From positions 23,622,001 to 23,686,000 of the forward strand of contig OZ210885.1 of the NCBI GenBank assembly GCA_964658305.1: a stretch of 64,000 nucleotides of DNA, in the 5' to 3' direction. Position 1 is the stretch's first letter. Every line of letters starts with the position of its first letter. Both the position numbers and the translations under genes were made by a program. The stretch comes from Leptogorgia sarmentosa. Taxonomy: Eukaryota. The notes under the pieces are model-generated. The model was not told the origin of the DNA. It did not search any database and saw nothing but the letters and a program-made list of their open reading frames with translations. This document shows, one piece after another, positions 11,883 to 23,985 of the stretch.

Positions 11883-13912
11883 TTAGCGGGTAGTTGTCAC
11901 TGTCAATTGACGATTAAAACTAAAATAGTCACATAAGAATTGAGGAACAATTCCCTTCACACATTTCTTAACTAATTTAAGAACATGCTGTTCTCTCCTG
12001 TTTTTCAGAGTTTCCCATCGCAAATCATGTAACGCGTCGTCACTACAGTTCACCATCACTATCCTTGCTGCTCTGCGTTGTATTCTCTCAAGCTTTTCTT
12101 CATCCCCGGTATTGCAACAATTCCAGACCGTATCGCAATAGTCCAATGCTGGTAGAACATAGGATTTGTAAACGATGTTGGCAGTATGCATCGAAATATC
12201 ATTCCGTAGCCTCCTTAACATTCCAACTTTCGCAGATGTTTTCATCAAAACATGGTGTGTACATGGTCTCTCCAAGACAAACAATCATCCATGACAACAC
12301 CGAGATACTTGTATTTAAACACTCGCTTAATCCTTTGCCCATTTATGGAAATCTCAAAATTTTCTATCGTATGCAACCGCTTTGCAGAGCCAAAAAGAAC
12401 ACATTCCGACTTTTCCGCATGCAGAAAAAGTTTATTCATATTCAACCAGGAATTTAGTGCGTTCAAATCGGATGAAAGAACATTCTCGATATCAGTCACA
12501 CTTTTTCCACTGTAGAAAATTACCGTGTCATCCGCATACATCAATATTGAGCAAGAGTTCACAGCATTCGGCAAGTCGTTTACGAATATGACAAACAACA
12601 GGGGTCCCAATATGGATCCCTGCGGGACACCAGAATTTAATGGTAGTGGATCAGAATAGGTGTTGAGATAGTCAACCAATTGCTTACGATTTGATAAGTA
12701 GTCCTTAAACCAATCCAGTTCACCGCCGGTAACCCCAAAACCATGCAATTTTTTCAAAAGTAAATCATGGTTGACCGTATCGAAGGCTTTGCGAAGATCA
12801 ATAAACACAGACCCTGTAAGCATACCCTGGTCCATGCCACGTCGAATACTATCAGTCAAACTTATACAGGCAGTTTCAGTCGAGTGACGCTTGCGAAAAC
12901 CGCTCTGATACGGACTCAACAAGTTATTATCAACCATAAACTTGTAGAGTTGAATGTGGACAGCTCGCTCTAATATCTTGGAAACAACAGGTAGAATTGA
13001 TACCGGACGGTAATTATCCATATTATCTGATTCCCCCGATTTAAAAAGTGGGATAACTCTTGCCTCTTTCCATTCACTAGGGACACATCCGTTGACCAGC
13101 GAAAAATTTATTATTTTCGTTAATGGATTTGCAATAATTTCAACCGAGTCCTTTAGGAGCCCTGTGGGAATTGCATCTAATCCAGCTGCTTTCTTACTTT
13201 TCAACTTATTAAGTTGACCAAGTGTAAAATTTTCGGATATCTCCTCAAAATGAAACAGTTCATTTGGATTATTGCTTCTCCAGTACATGCCAAAACCCTC
13301 TCCTGATGTAAAAACGGATCCCATGGCCTCAGTTAATCTGGTTGTTGTGCCAACAAAAAACTTGTTGAAACCATTTGCAATCTTCGAATAACAATGCAAC
13401 GACATGTTATCTCCTTTAATATTCCTAGGAAGCACTTTTTTCCCTGGTATTAATCTAGTTAATGTCCTCCAAAAGGACTTGGAGTCTCCAGAATTATCTT
13501 CAATTAACTTCCTATTGTAACTTCCTTTCGCTGATTTCACCATTGCAGTGACACGGTCTCTAAGTGTCTTATACTTTTCCCAATCTGCAGTCGAATTAGT
13601 CTTACGAGCAATTTTGCTTTGTTTATCTCTTTCATACATGACTTTCTTAATCTCCCCATTCAACCATGGACAATCAATTCCTCTCACTCGTTTATTTATC
13701 ACTGGTGCGTGACGATCAGCAACAGAAATAAATGCAGATTTAAAGTTTAACCACATTCGATCAATCACACTTAAATTGGCATTCGGTCTTTCTGGCAAAA
13801 TCGAATTCATTTGCTTCTCCCAATCGATCCCTCGTAGGTCATTACAAAAAGCCGAGCTATTATATCTTGCATAATTTCTAAAAGACTTAGCCTGTCCAGA
13901 TGATCGCTTAAA
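11883..13912 (-). pseudogene. LINE reverse transcriptase and C-terminal domain (frameshift near 12260)
   Basis: NYRPVSILP, QSGFR, DLRKAFDTV, GVPQGSILGP, YADD, YKYLGV, then LDYCDTVW and LERIQRRAAR. Confidence 0.95.
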
Positions 13913-16900
13913 CAGGGATTATTCTAAGGTGCAGTGATAACCAATTTGTGCAGTGATAAATGAGATTTGTGCAGTGATAAAAGAGATTGTGTGCAATGAT
14001 AAAATGCGATATTTATCATTTATTAGAATTTGGGATTAACCTTTAAGCATACAACAACAACGGTTCCTTTACATATTATTTAGCAAAAAGCTAAATAGGC
14101 AAAAATCTTCTGTAAATTCGCTACAGTTTTATGTTCTGAATTTGAACTATATTAATGTCTCGTGAATGTCACCTGTCACCGTAATTGAAAAGTATGTAAG
14201 ACTAAAATTCACGATTCAATTTTTTCTGTTTTGTCGCATTGTCTGCATCTTCTACATCACTCTCAGTTTCGTCCGTATCATCGCGTTGAAAAACTTTCTG
14301 AAACCATGCTTGCCTGTCAGCCTTTGGTGTATCCTTCACGCGCCGTCTTCTTTCATCGATAAAATGACGAACGGCAGGCCTTGGGTCGAATTTTGACAAG
14401 ACTGGCATGTTGATGTTGACATAAAGATAATTACTTACCGTTTTGCGTTCAAGACGATTCCTTGAATTCGTCTTTACGGTGTTGTAGGCAGAGACTAATC
14501 TTTCACAATCTGCTGAGTGTGGTTTGCATACAAGTATCCAGGCCAGCACCTCTGTTAGCGTTTCAGTCTTGTTAGTCTTTTTGCAATAAAGCTTTGGGGT
14601 TGCCTTTATGCATGGTGCTTTCCTGTACATCTTCATACTCTTGTGCCAGATATCGCAGGTCGAGATCCGGTGCCACTGAAGCATGAATCTCTCGGATAAC
14701 TGCTTCACTTGCAGTAAACTTTACAAATGAAGAAAAATTTTTTTTCACGTGATCATCTATCTTGAGCCTTGTTTCCATAAAATTACGCAATGACTGTAAT
14801 ACTTCAACCTTTATCGCGGAGAACGCTCTCGTTTCGGAAACATAGAGATTTCTACGAGATGTGCGTCGTTCTTTTTGCCACAAAACTCTCCCAAAAAATG
14901 TTCCATCTTCCTCATCGTAGCTTTGTAAAAACTTATCTTCCCATCCACCAAGAATTGGGCGTTGGTGTAATTTGTCGATTTTGGCAATGAACTTCTTTGT
15001 TTCTGGGACAATATCAACGATTGTTACGTCGTCTCCTTGCAACTTCTTCTGGAACACCTTCAGAAGGAAAAGAACGTCGCCCAGTAAGCACATAAGCATT
15101 AAGTTGTCTTTGTTTGAGAACAGTTTCCCGAAACCTTTCGCTTGCTCTTCCTCTGATCTTTCACAAAACACCATAAGTGCCCTCCAAGAGATGAGAACAG
15201 CGTCAATCAAACCTGCTGTAAATTCCGTCCACCTGACTTCGTAATACTTTGGTAAGCGCCTAACTTTAAGGTCTTGCTCTTTAGCATACTTTTCAAGCTC
15301 TGCCGTACGAACTGCTGACGCATGGAAAAATGAGGAGATGCCAGAAACTTTTCGTATCAGAGTATCTACTTCTGAAACGTCCTTACACAGGTTATGGTAC
15401 GCTAATGCAGAAGAGTGAACTGCACAGACTGACTTCAACATTGGAAAGGTAGCTTCTTCTTTGGCTCTTTCATCATCAATCAATTTGCACAGCCCATTAT
15501 GCTCACCGACATTCTTGTTTTCCCCATCCGTTGTCATATGGTTGGAAATGGTCAACACTTTATTCAAACGAATTGTATCAGTTGCGCCTTCCTTCAATGC
15601 TTCTAAATCACCCTTGGCACCTCTATTTTTAACATGGCCAAGACCAACATAACGAAGTAATTCGTTTCCATGTTTGTTAATAACATTTAACAACATGAAC
15701 TCATCTTTTTGAGTACGATCCATTGAAGCATCACAACGGAAAGACGCTGCCAGACAATCATCGATTTCTTCTTTAAATCTTGGTAAGTCGGCCTGCACGA
15801 TAATTTTCAAAAGTTGCTGATGACTTGCTGGTGTGACGTATTGTAAGTCGAATACTGACGCGTCATACTCTTCAAAAGGACTGTTATAATCGAAAGTGTG
15901 AGCAATTTCACTAGCTACGACTCTTCGAATTATCAATTTACCGATTCGATTGGCGAGAAGATGTGTTTGTGCATTTGCTATCTTGAATAAGGGTATTGCT
16001 TGTAATTTTTCAGACGAAGATAACCCCTTGATTCTATTTAACTTAACGGACTCTTTATGAGCTTCACTTCTGAGATGGGTTGCTGTTGTTCCACTACGGG
16101 CTTCTGCTCCTGTTGGTGTGCAGATGGGGGGAATTCGACCTCTGTAGCAAAACCTTTTAACAACATCCGAATTTTCATTGCAAACTTTGCATCTTATTCT
16201 TTTTCTCTCTCCAGATTTAGTAGGCACCACTTCAATTTCTTTTGATGTAGTTTCGTGGAGAATAGAGTCATGTTCAGCCTCAGAATTACTGTCACCTGAA
16301 ACTGTTGAGCTTAAAATTGAAGAACTTTCGGTATTATTCGCTTCGTTGAGTTCACTCGATTGATCTGACTGCTCATGTAGCAATTGTGAATTTGAACTAC
16401 CATTCGCCATGTACGCTTGAGCTGGTTCGTTTGCTTCATTAGCATTTCGTATAAAGAAATCAAGCGCTGACTGCTTTTTTGCCATCTTTCCCAATCAATT
16501 GTATTTTGACAGCCCGTTCAGTTGCTTTCCTGTTGCTAAGGAAGTAAAACTGACCAATCAGCTACGACGTTGGTTTAAGTAACTACTTTACTAATATTAA
16601 TAAGTAACAATTATGCCTGAATCACAAACATTTATTCGATCAATGGTTCAACGCTGACAGGTACGTGTTATTGTATTGAGAAGTACTCCATTGAGAAGTA
16701 TTCTAAGATGTACTCTATTGAGAAGTATTCTAAGGTTTGGTTAAGATATTTCCTGCCGGTATTGATCGATATATTTACAACTTTATTCCTCGAGCACGTT
16801 CGTAGGCGCAAGCTTTAATTATAATCATATAATAACCGTCTTACAATAATACAATATGCAATGTTATGAGTATGACGTTATGTAGTCAATTAATACATTA

Positions 16901-17215
16901 ATTTCTTTTCACAGTTTCACTTGTGACAGTCTATTGTGGTATGTGGAGTACATTTATAGTAGTTAAACCCAAAGACAAAGTAGCCCCAGCAATTTTATTG
17001 TCTCCAAAAGCAAGTATACATACACTATACACATGTGTATTATTGCATAATTTGGCCGCATAGAATTAGTCAATAGGTAAACTTTAAGTTGCAGAATCAG
17101 TGCATGTACTCATGCAGGGCAGTCAGAGCTTTTCTAAAACAACGTTATATTTACATAAATTTTACCATTTTTTGCGCTTTTGTGCAGTGATAAAATTTCC
17201 TTAGAATAATCCCTG
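13913..17215 (-). mobile_element. hAT DNA transposon inserted into the LINE
   Basis: 17-bp perfect TIR cagggattattctaagg; 8-bp TSD cgcttaaa (13905-13912) / cgcttaca (17216-17223) with one mismatch; subterminal gtgcagtgataa repeats. Confidence 0.93.
14202..16494 (-). pseudogene. hAT transposase (ZNF862/KIAA1586-like), frameshifted near 14590
   Basis: CDASMD, TTDGE, CAVH, EVRW and the C-terminal dimerisation motif PHSADCERLVSAYN..KT..RNRL. Confidence 0.88.
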
Positions 17216-18435
17216 CGCTTACAATTCATTTTTCTGATACAATATAATAAGTCATGGTCACTAAGACAAGCATTAAGTACTCCAGATTTACTTGTAAACC
17301 TTTCGTTGTTTGTCGCTATCAGATCTAATAATGTGGCGGACCAGGCAGTTATTCTAGTAACCTCCTTGATCAGCTGGCAGAATCCTAGACTTCTGAGTGC
17401 CGAGGTTAACCGTTTACCGTTACCATTCAATGAGCCCTTTGCCAAATTACAGTTAAAATCCCCTAACAGAATAACTTCCTTATTATTAGATATGGCTCTC
17501 TCAGCACTATCTTCAAAATGATCCATAAATGCATCATTATAGTATCGAGAAGACTCCGGAGGTTGATAAAATGTACCAACCAAAAATCCGCGAGAGTGAG
17601 GGAAATTTACTTCTACCCATAGACTTTCCATATTCGACTGCTCTAAATCAAACCTTCTGCTTACCGACAAAATTCCAAGTCCCCCACCTTTCTCTTTAGC
17701 ACCTCTATCTCTTCTATGGAAAGTATATCCTTCAATACTAACTTCTGAGTCAGCAATATCATCCGTAAGCCAGGTTTCGGACAGTGTAAACAAATCGATT
17801 TTTGACTGAACACTAGATATGAGCAAACGAAGCTCATCAATCTTAGGTAACAAGCTGCAAATATTTTGATGGACTATTTTAACACCTAAGCCCCGAAATA
17901 TATCATTCATTTCCGTTGTCACTTGAGAATAGTACCCATCGTTATCGTTGCTAGTATTGCCATTCATTCCTACGAAACATTGCTTGGAAGTTCGGTTTAT
18001 ATCAAAACTCGATTCAAGACATTTCAAATGATTTACTGATTTACATCTTAAACATTCCACCCGCGGTTGATTTTTGCCTATAGGTTTTAAACACGCAGTG
18101 CAGACCAATGTTTCATTCGCAGGGCCAGGGTTTAAGTCAATATCATTACACATAATAAGAAAATTAACAACAGCAAACTGGGTGACAAGTTTGATCGATC
18201 TTACGAACTTTACATCGAAAGGCACAGCTGACTTCGCAAAGTTGGTTTTGGTTGGTCTCATGGGGGCATCAACAATCTCGAATTTAGTAAGGTTTAAAGC
18301 AACGCTAATACCAATATTCCATGGATGCGACCTCTTATCCACATAACCATCTTTTGCGGGATAGAATGACACACAAACAATCAGCAAGACCAAAAAATAT
18401 ATCAATCGCTTCGGGAGCTCATACATAGCCGCCAT
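17216..18435 (-). CDS. LINE ORF N-terminal part: hydrophobic leader, 2A-like DIDLNPGP, PHD finger, AP endonuclease
   Basis: LIYFLVLLIVCVSF; CNDIDLNPGP (18121-18144); CTAC...CLRC...HLKC; NICSL, LSETWL, GDFN, SDH. Confidence 0.9.
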
Positions 18436-18939
18436 CTTGTTATGTGTCTGCCATGTGTCTAATAAAGAGTAATAATTGGTGCTCCGAAATATATAATTGT
18501 TTCAAGAAAAAAACCTTTTTTCCAACTCAAAATAAAATGTTGACATGACACTTGTGGGCCACCGTACAGAATGGATAATGGGCTCTAAGTTCTTCTCTAA
18601 TTCGAATATGAAAGCAACCTGAAGCTAAGAGTATTAATATTATACTGTAGAAAGAATGCGGTTATGACTTATGCGGCTGCCTGTCTGGTTACTGGTTACT
18701 CTGCTTCCGCAAATCGGATTGATACATATTCTACACTTTATCACAGTTACATCTCTGTATGATATATATTCTGTGACTTTATTTCCAAAATTTAACTAAT
18801 TTTAAGATATTTTTGTATTTTCCTTCAACTTTCCTTTATTTTTCCAGAATTTCCTTCAAATTTCCTTCAAAAATTATTTCCTTTTTATTTCCTTCATTTT
18901 GCCAAAAAATCCTTTCAAAAGGAAATTTCCTTCAAAATG

Positions 18940-19400
18940 GAAGCACTGGTCATAGGCTTGGTCACTTGGCTCATGCCCACTGCACAAACTAACTGCAACT
19001 GCAGTAGCAAAAAGACCACAATCAGATACGCCTAGTTGCTTCTGCATTCTTGGCCATTCAATAACCATATTCGGCAAGGTGGTGTTGACCAATGCTGCCA
19101 ATCGCACTTTATCTTTTCCCGACATTGTTCGATAAAGTGGGTCGTAAACTTTTATTTTGTTCTCTTCGCATCCAATGTTGGTGACTGTCACTCAGTGGTT
19201 CCCACCAATATTTACTATCTGAACAAACCCTTTAAGTCCTTTCTCCACTTTAGGGGGGTTGCTTTGAAAAGCCAACACTGAATGCAATCCATTAACCACC
19301 GGAAACTGCTTGGCAATTAACCACTGTGCGTGATCAATGTGTTCATCAGTGAGCCAGTAGTTTTGTTGCATCACCGTTGAAGCCAGCTTTTCTGGATTTG
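18940..19400 (-). pseudogene. Ulp1/SENP-like cysteine protease domain (one stop at H-W)
   Basis: WLTDEHID...VQIVNIGGNH(W>stop)VTV...KVYDPL...QKQLGVSDCGLFA: His-Asp-Gln-Cys arrangement of clan CE proteases. Confidence 0.85.
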
Positions 19401-19519
19401 TATTTGGAGTACAATGCAGCACGTTCCGATTTCCTTTCTTTTTATGTATTCCAGACTTTGTTTTGTTTGCTTTTTTTGTAGACTTTAATTTTTCTTGTGG
19501 GCCTTTCTTACACACTGGT

Positions 19520-19782
19520 TTGGGCACATCACATGGTACCGGTGTGGTGTCATCACATGGTGGTTTGGGCGCATCACATACTGGTGTGGTGTAATTACAT
19601 ACGTGTGTGGTGTCTTCACATGCTGGTGTGGTGTTGTCACATGGTGGTTTGGGCGCATCATACTGGTGTGGTGTAATTACATACTTGTGAGGTGTCATCA
19701 CATGCTGGTGTGGTGTCATTACATACTTGTGTGGTGTCTTCACATGATAGGGTGGTAGTGTCATCTGGTAGGGTGTTGTCAT
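19520..19782. repeat. Degenerate 21-bp tandem repeat in the Ginger linker
   Basis: Repeated gtgtggtgtcatcacatgctg variants encoding TPHxYVM / CDxTTP heptapeptides. Confidence 0.8.
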
Positions 19783-20129
19783 TTGCTAGTGGTGCGTTCA
19801 AGTCATGAAGTTCACTTGTGACATACGGTCGCAGTTGCTCATAATTATGGAATTTTGTTTTTTAATTCCACTGCACCATCTTTCAAGGGAACCAGTGTTG
19901 CTCTTTGAAATGTGTCAATCTCTGTTACCCTAACAGCAATAAAAATAAACTGGTTTCAATTTAAACATATGAACCAAAACGTTTTATTGCAAAATTGTAG
20001 AAAGCATTAAGCTGGTGTAAACTGTTCATCCAACAAAAATATGCAAATTGCTCTACTTCTTAATTTATGACATTATTTGATAACTGATGTCACATTTTTT
20101 AGTTAACTTGGTTATTTTTTGAGATTTAT

Positions 20130-22670
20130 CACCTGTATGGACCTATCAAAGCACGTTCCATCTTTCCACCCTTTCTTGACACATTTTTCATGTTTTTTCT
20201 AAAAACAGTGTCCCCATTTTTGATGTCAAAGGTCTTAACACCCTTTCTCTTTCTTTCCTGGTACTGCTTCTTCTGCTTTTCTTGTGCATTTTCTATATTG
20301 CTAAGAACCTACAGCAATAAAAATTAATATGTGCTAATCTGAATAATTATAATAATACATTTTTTCATCACAAGATATGCAACAATTGCTAACAAACTGG
20401 GTACATGATGCTCAGGCTAAGTTATTCTGCTAGGACAAAGTTGCTAATTCATCTCATTGACCAATTATTGTGGAGCATATACTTGCTTGCAAGTGGTTTC
20501 AGATAAAGCAATCCTTTCACCAACTTGTTTGTCCAGCTGTTCTTCATCTTGATCAGGAGCAGAAGAACTGTCCTCCACAACAGTCAACTGTTAAGAGATA
20601 TTAAATAAATAGTTAAATACACATTACTCATTTGCAAGTCTTGACATGCTACACTGTCTATGTGTGAATACACAATTATTTTACCATCTGTGGGGAATTT
20701 GGATTCCGACCAAACATCAGAAAAAATGGAGTATATTTGGTGGTGGCTTGCTTTTGTGTCCTTAACAAGTATGCAACATCATCTAGGAAGTCACTCCAAT
20801 TGTTTTGGTAGTCATTCACCAATTTTGACAAGCGCTGTTTCAATGTTTGGTTTGTCCGTTCATCCAACCCATTTGTCTGGGGATGATATGCACTTGTCAC
20901 AGATCTTTTAATCCCAAACTCTCTAAAAACTTCATCGTTCACTTTTGCAACAAATTCTCTCCCCTGGTCGGAAAGAAGCCGAGCTGGTGCACCCCATCTA
21001 AAGATAACAATACGATCATAGAATTAGAAGACTGATGTATTGATCCTTAAAATTATCTCGGCATCACAGAGACAACACAAAGCCCCCTAGTCTAATAAAT
21101 ATTTATCAGCAAACTCATTCCCATATTTCTTAGTATTACCTGCATGTAAATGTTTTGATGCATCTTGCAACACCATATGCAGCTTTTGCTTTGAGGGGGT
21201 AAAAATCCACAAACTTGGTAAAATAGTCAGTGAAGGTGCAAACATATTTATACCCTTCTTCAGTTGTTGGTAATGGTCCTTTATATAGATATAGACCTTT
21301 GACCTTTTAATTTGTGATTGTTGGCTGTATAGTGACACTATGCGGTAACACAATACCTTAGCTAGTGTGTGTCTTGTCTGAATGTGATAACGATAACGTG
21401 TGTGTTAAAGTAGAGAAAGACTGTATAATAAAGTTACCGAAACGTGTTTGTTATTTCCACCGATACTACACTGTGTAACCTCATTCATATACAAAGGAAA
21501 GCTATTATCTACTTCCCAGAAGAAGGCGATACCCAATGGAATGAAGAGATTTGATGAGAAAGGTAGGACTACATTTCAGTCCTACCTTTCCTGGTGACTG
21601 GAAAATAGTTGCAAAATTGACTAATAAAATGATCTCTCTATTCAGTGTGATAGTTGAAGGGATGTATTTGGCCATTTACCATAAATAGAATACAATAGTG
21701 TGTGATCTCTATTTTGTTTTGAGCTATATTTATATATCATTACTGCTACTTACCAATCAAATCTATTCCAACTAATTCCAATGCCTCATTCACCTTGATA
21801 GGGATGAGTTCAGGTGCTTGTGTTTTGATTTTGCTGTATGTCTGGCACTGATGACATGACAGAATCTGAAAAATTAAAATTTGCAGTTAACCATTAGCTT
21901 GCCTTGCAAGTGTGAAGTCTTTGACTAAGTGACTCAGCCTCAGGTCTGCACACAGTTCATATTTTCAGTTTACACTTTATACACAACTACAGTGCTATTA
22001 ACTATGCCACTACTTCATGGTATGAGTGTATGACATCATTCGACAACTTGTTCACTCACCTGAGTGATAGCCTGTTCAATGTAAACTTACATGTTCTTGG
22101 ACATCCTCTTTTATCCCATTCCAACAATAATAAGTGGATATCTTGTTTAATGTGGCATTGACACCACTGTGCCCTCCCATAGCATTACTATGGTGATGGT
22201 GAAATATTTCAGTAATCTCTTCTAAGGTGAGGATAACCTTCTTTCTGACCCCAACCTTCCCACTGGTGAAATACAGCTCATTATCTGAAATATGCCATAA
22301 TGCAGATTAGAGAAAAGCACTTTAATCTTAAGGAAACAGAATAAACGCTTACATAAACATTACAATCGCAATGATTGATTTCGTACCACTGCATGGTATA
22401 GTTAGGTTTTAACTTGATATAACGTCAGCCATTTTTAACTTCAATATGATACTTGTGTCATTATGAGCATAGTAAACAAGTAATAATTACATATACTCAC
22501 TTGTCTCATCCAGAACATAATTCTTTGCTTGACCACGAACCACCCGCTGCTGATTTTTCGACAAACCAGTTTAATGCTTTCCATGCCGAAGGTAGTGCAC
22601 AATTCGCTCACATTTCTTATTGTGCTCAACTAAACGATCATTTCTGGTCATTTTTTGTGGTCCATGATCT
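20130..22670 (-). pseudogene. Ginger/GIN1-like integrase, multi-exon, degenerate
   Basis: Exons: VHYLRHG...LSKNQQRVVRGQAKNY (~22620-22500); HSNAMGGHSGVNAT...YCWNGIKEDV (~22280-22090); CHQCQ...LVGIDLIG (~21865-21752); GPLP...TDYFTKF (~21280-21140); SDQGREF...YHPQTNGLDER...YTPFFLMFGR (~21000-20685); IGPY (~20135). Confidence 0.85.
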
Positions 22671-23056
22671 TGACGTTCTCCTGTAGTAGTAGCAGTTTCT
22701 GCCTGTGGTGCCATTTTATTTCAAACGAATTTTTGATCGAAGTTGCAGTGTAAACGAACAGCGAAGAAGAAGGGGATATCTCAGACCACGTGTAAATGTT
22801 GTTGCACAACACCGCTGACGTGCGCATGCGCATTATAATAGGGGACAGTTGAGACCGGGGGAGTACTGAGACTGCTACACTGGAAAACCCACACTTGCAC
22901 AAATGAATCGGCATTTGGCATCCACAATAGCCATGAGCACTATTGAGTAAAATATTTAAATTCGTCAACAATTAAATTCGTCACTTAATTCGCTCTCGCA
23001 TTTACGACGAAGTCAATCTGGAATTAAATTCATCTCTTTTTGCATGTTGTTTAACA

Positions 23057-23985
23057 CCTGCCTAAATGTGATAATGCTGTAAAAGAGAGCAAATTTATGA
23101 AAGCAGAAGTGCTACGGCTTTCTAACGTTATTAAACAAAGTAATGAAGCTCTGAGTAATACTGAACAATATACACGACGTGTGTGTGTAGAAATCAGAGG
23201 AATACCAGAGGAACAAGATGAAAATACAAATGAATTAACAATTAAAGTTGGCTCTCTTATGGAATTGAATATCCAAGAGAGTGATATTTCAGTAAGTCAT
23301 TGCTTGCCACAAAAGCGTAAGAATCAAACCTATCTTCAAGACTAAGACCAAGAGCTGCATCAAATGTGGATGATCAACATTCAAGAATTATCGTTAAATT
23401 TGTAAGAAGAGATATGAAGGATCTATTTTATAGAGGCAGAAGGTATCTGAAAGGCAAAACTACTAGAGATATTGGCCTAGCAAGGACATCAGTTAATCAC
23501 ATCTATATATCGGAAAGCCTCACTCCAAGAAATAGAACACTTTTTAATGAATGCTTAAAGTTTAAGAAAGAGCATAACTATAAGTTTATATGGACCCAAA
23601 ATGGTCATATTTATCTCAGAAAAATTGAGATGAACCTGCAAATGTTATATCCTGCCATCAAGACTTGGATGGTTTACCAAGATAAGTAAATAAACTTTTG
23701 TCATGTTGAACGAACTAGAAAATTTACCTAGACTCGAACTGACTTCTAGTCTAAATAATCTGAATCTAGATGGGTGGGATATAGAAAATGGTTTATTTGG
23801 TCAAGTTAACTGTGAGTATTACACAGTTGATGGATTTAAAAACAGTGAGGGCATACAAAATTTCACTTCTAAGTCTAAGTCCTTTTCTATCTTGAATTTT
23901 AATATAAGAAGTTTGTCAGCTAATTATGATACTTTTTCATCCCTTTTGTGTGATCTCAATCACAAATTTAATGTCATTGGTCTTA
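23057..23985 (+). mobile_element. Host LINE (CR1/L2 group) segment 1: degenerate ORF1 and start of ORF2 endonuclease
   Basis: EQYTRR..VEIRGIPE, DISVSH.LP, IIVKF, IYISESLT, YKFIWT.NG.IYLRK; ORF2 FNIRSL...FNVIGL, interrupted at VIGL|SET. Confidence 0.88.

Larger units (their letters stand above)
11566..18460 (-). mobile_element. Near full-length CR1/L2-group LINE (single ORF: hydrophobic leader, 2A-like, PHD, APE, RT) with a nested hAT
   Basis: (TCTA)n 3' tail at 11567-11581, preceded on the minus strand by aataaa. A short taataa flank occurs on both sides. APE and RT motifs are present (see the two ORF features below). Confidence 0.92.
10510..18566 (-). mobile_element. One end of an IS3EU-like DNA transposon (accessory-gene end), interrupted by a LINE; other end not found
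   Basis: Terminus tgacacttgtgggccaccgta (ends 18566) nearly matches the TIR tacggtggctcacaagggtca of element 27069-38732. Subterminal repeats lie at 11376-11560, and the accessory ORF resembles 31456-32127. Confidence 0.7.
18940..23056 (-). mobile_element. Ginger1-like DNA transposon (intron-containing Gypsy-type integrase plus Ulp1 protease), 3' end lost
   Basis: Minus-strand terminus TGTTAAACAAC at 23056; spliced integrase without RT/RNaseH, followed by an Ulp1-like protease, which is the known Ginger1 architecture. Confidence 0.75.

Noticed and set aside
18815..18940. tttccttca repeats as the subterminal region of another DNA transposon
   Set aside because: No TIR or TSD could be defined.
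21313..21470. Possible solo LTR (TG...aataaa...actaca) in a Ginger intron
   Set aside because: No matching terminal inverted repeat or TSD found.
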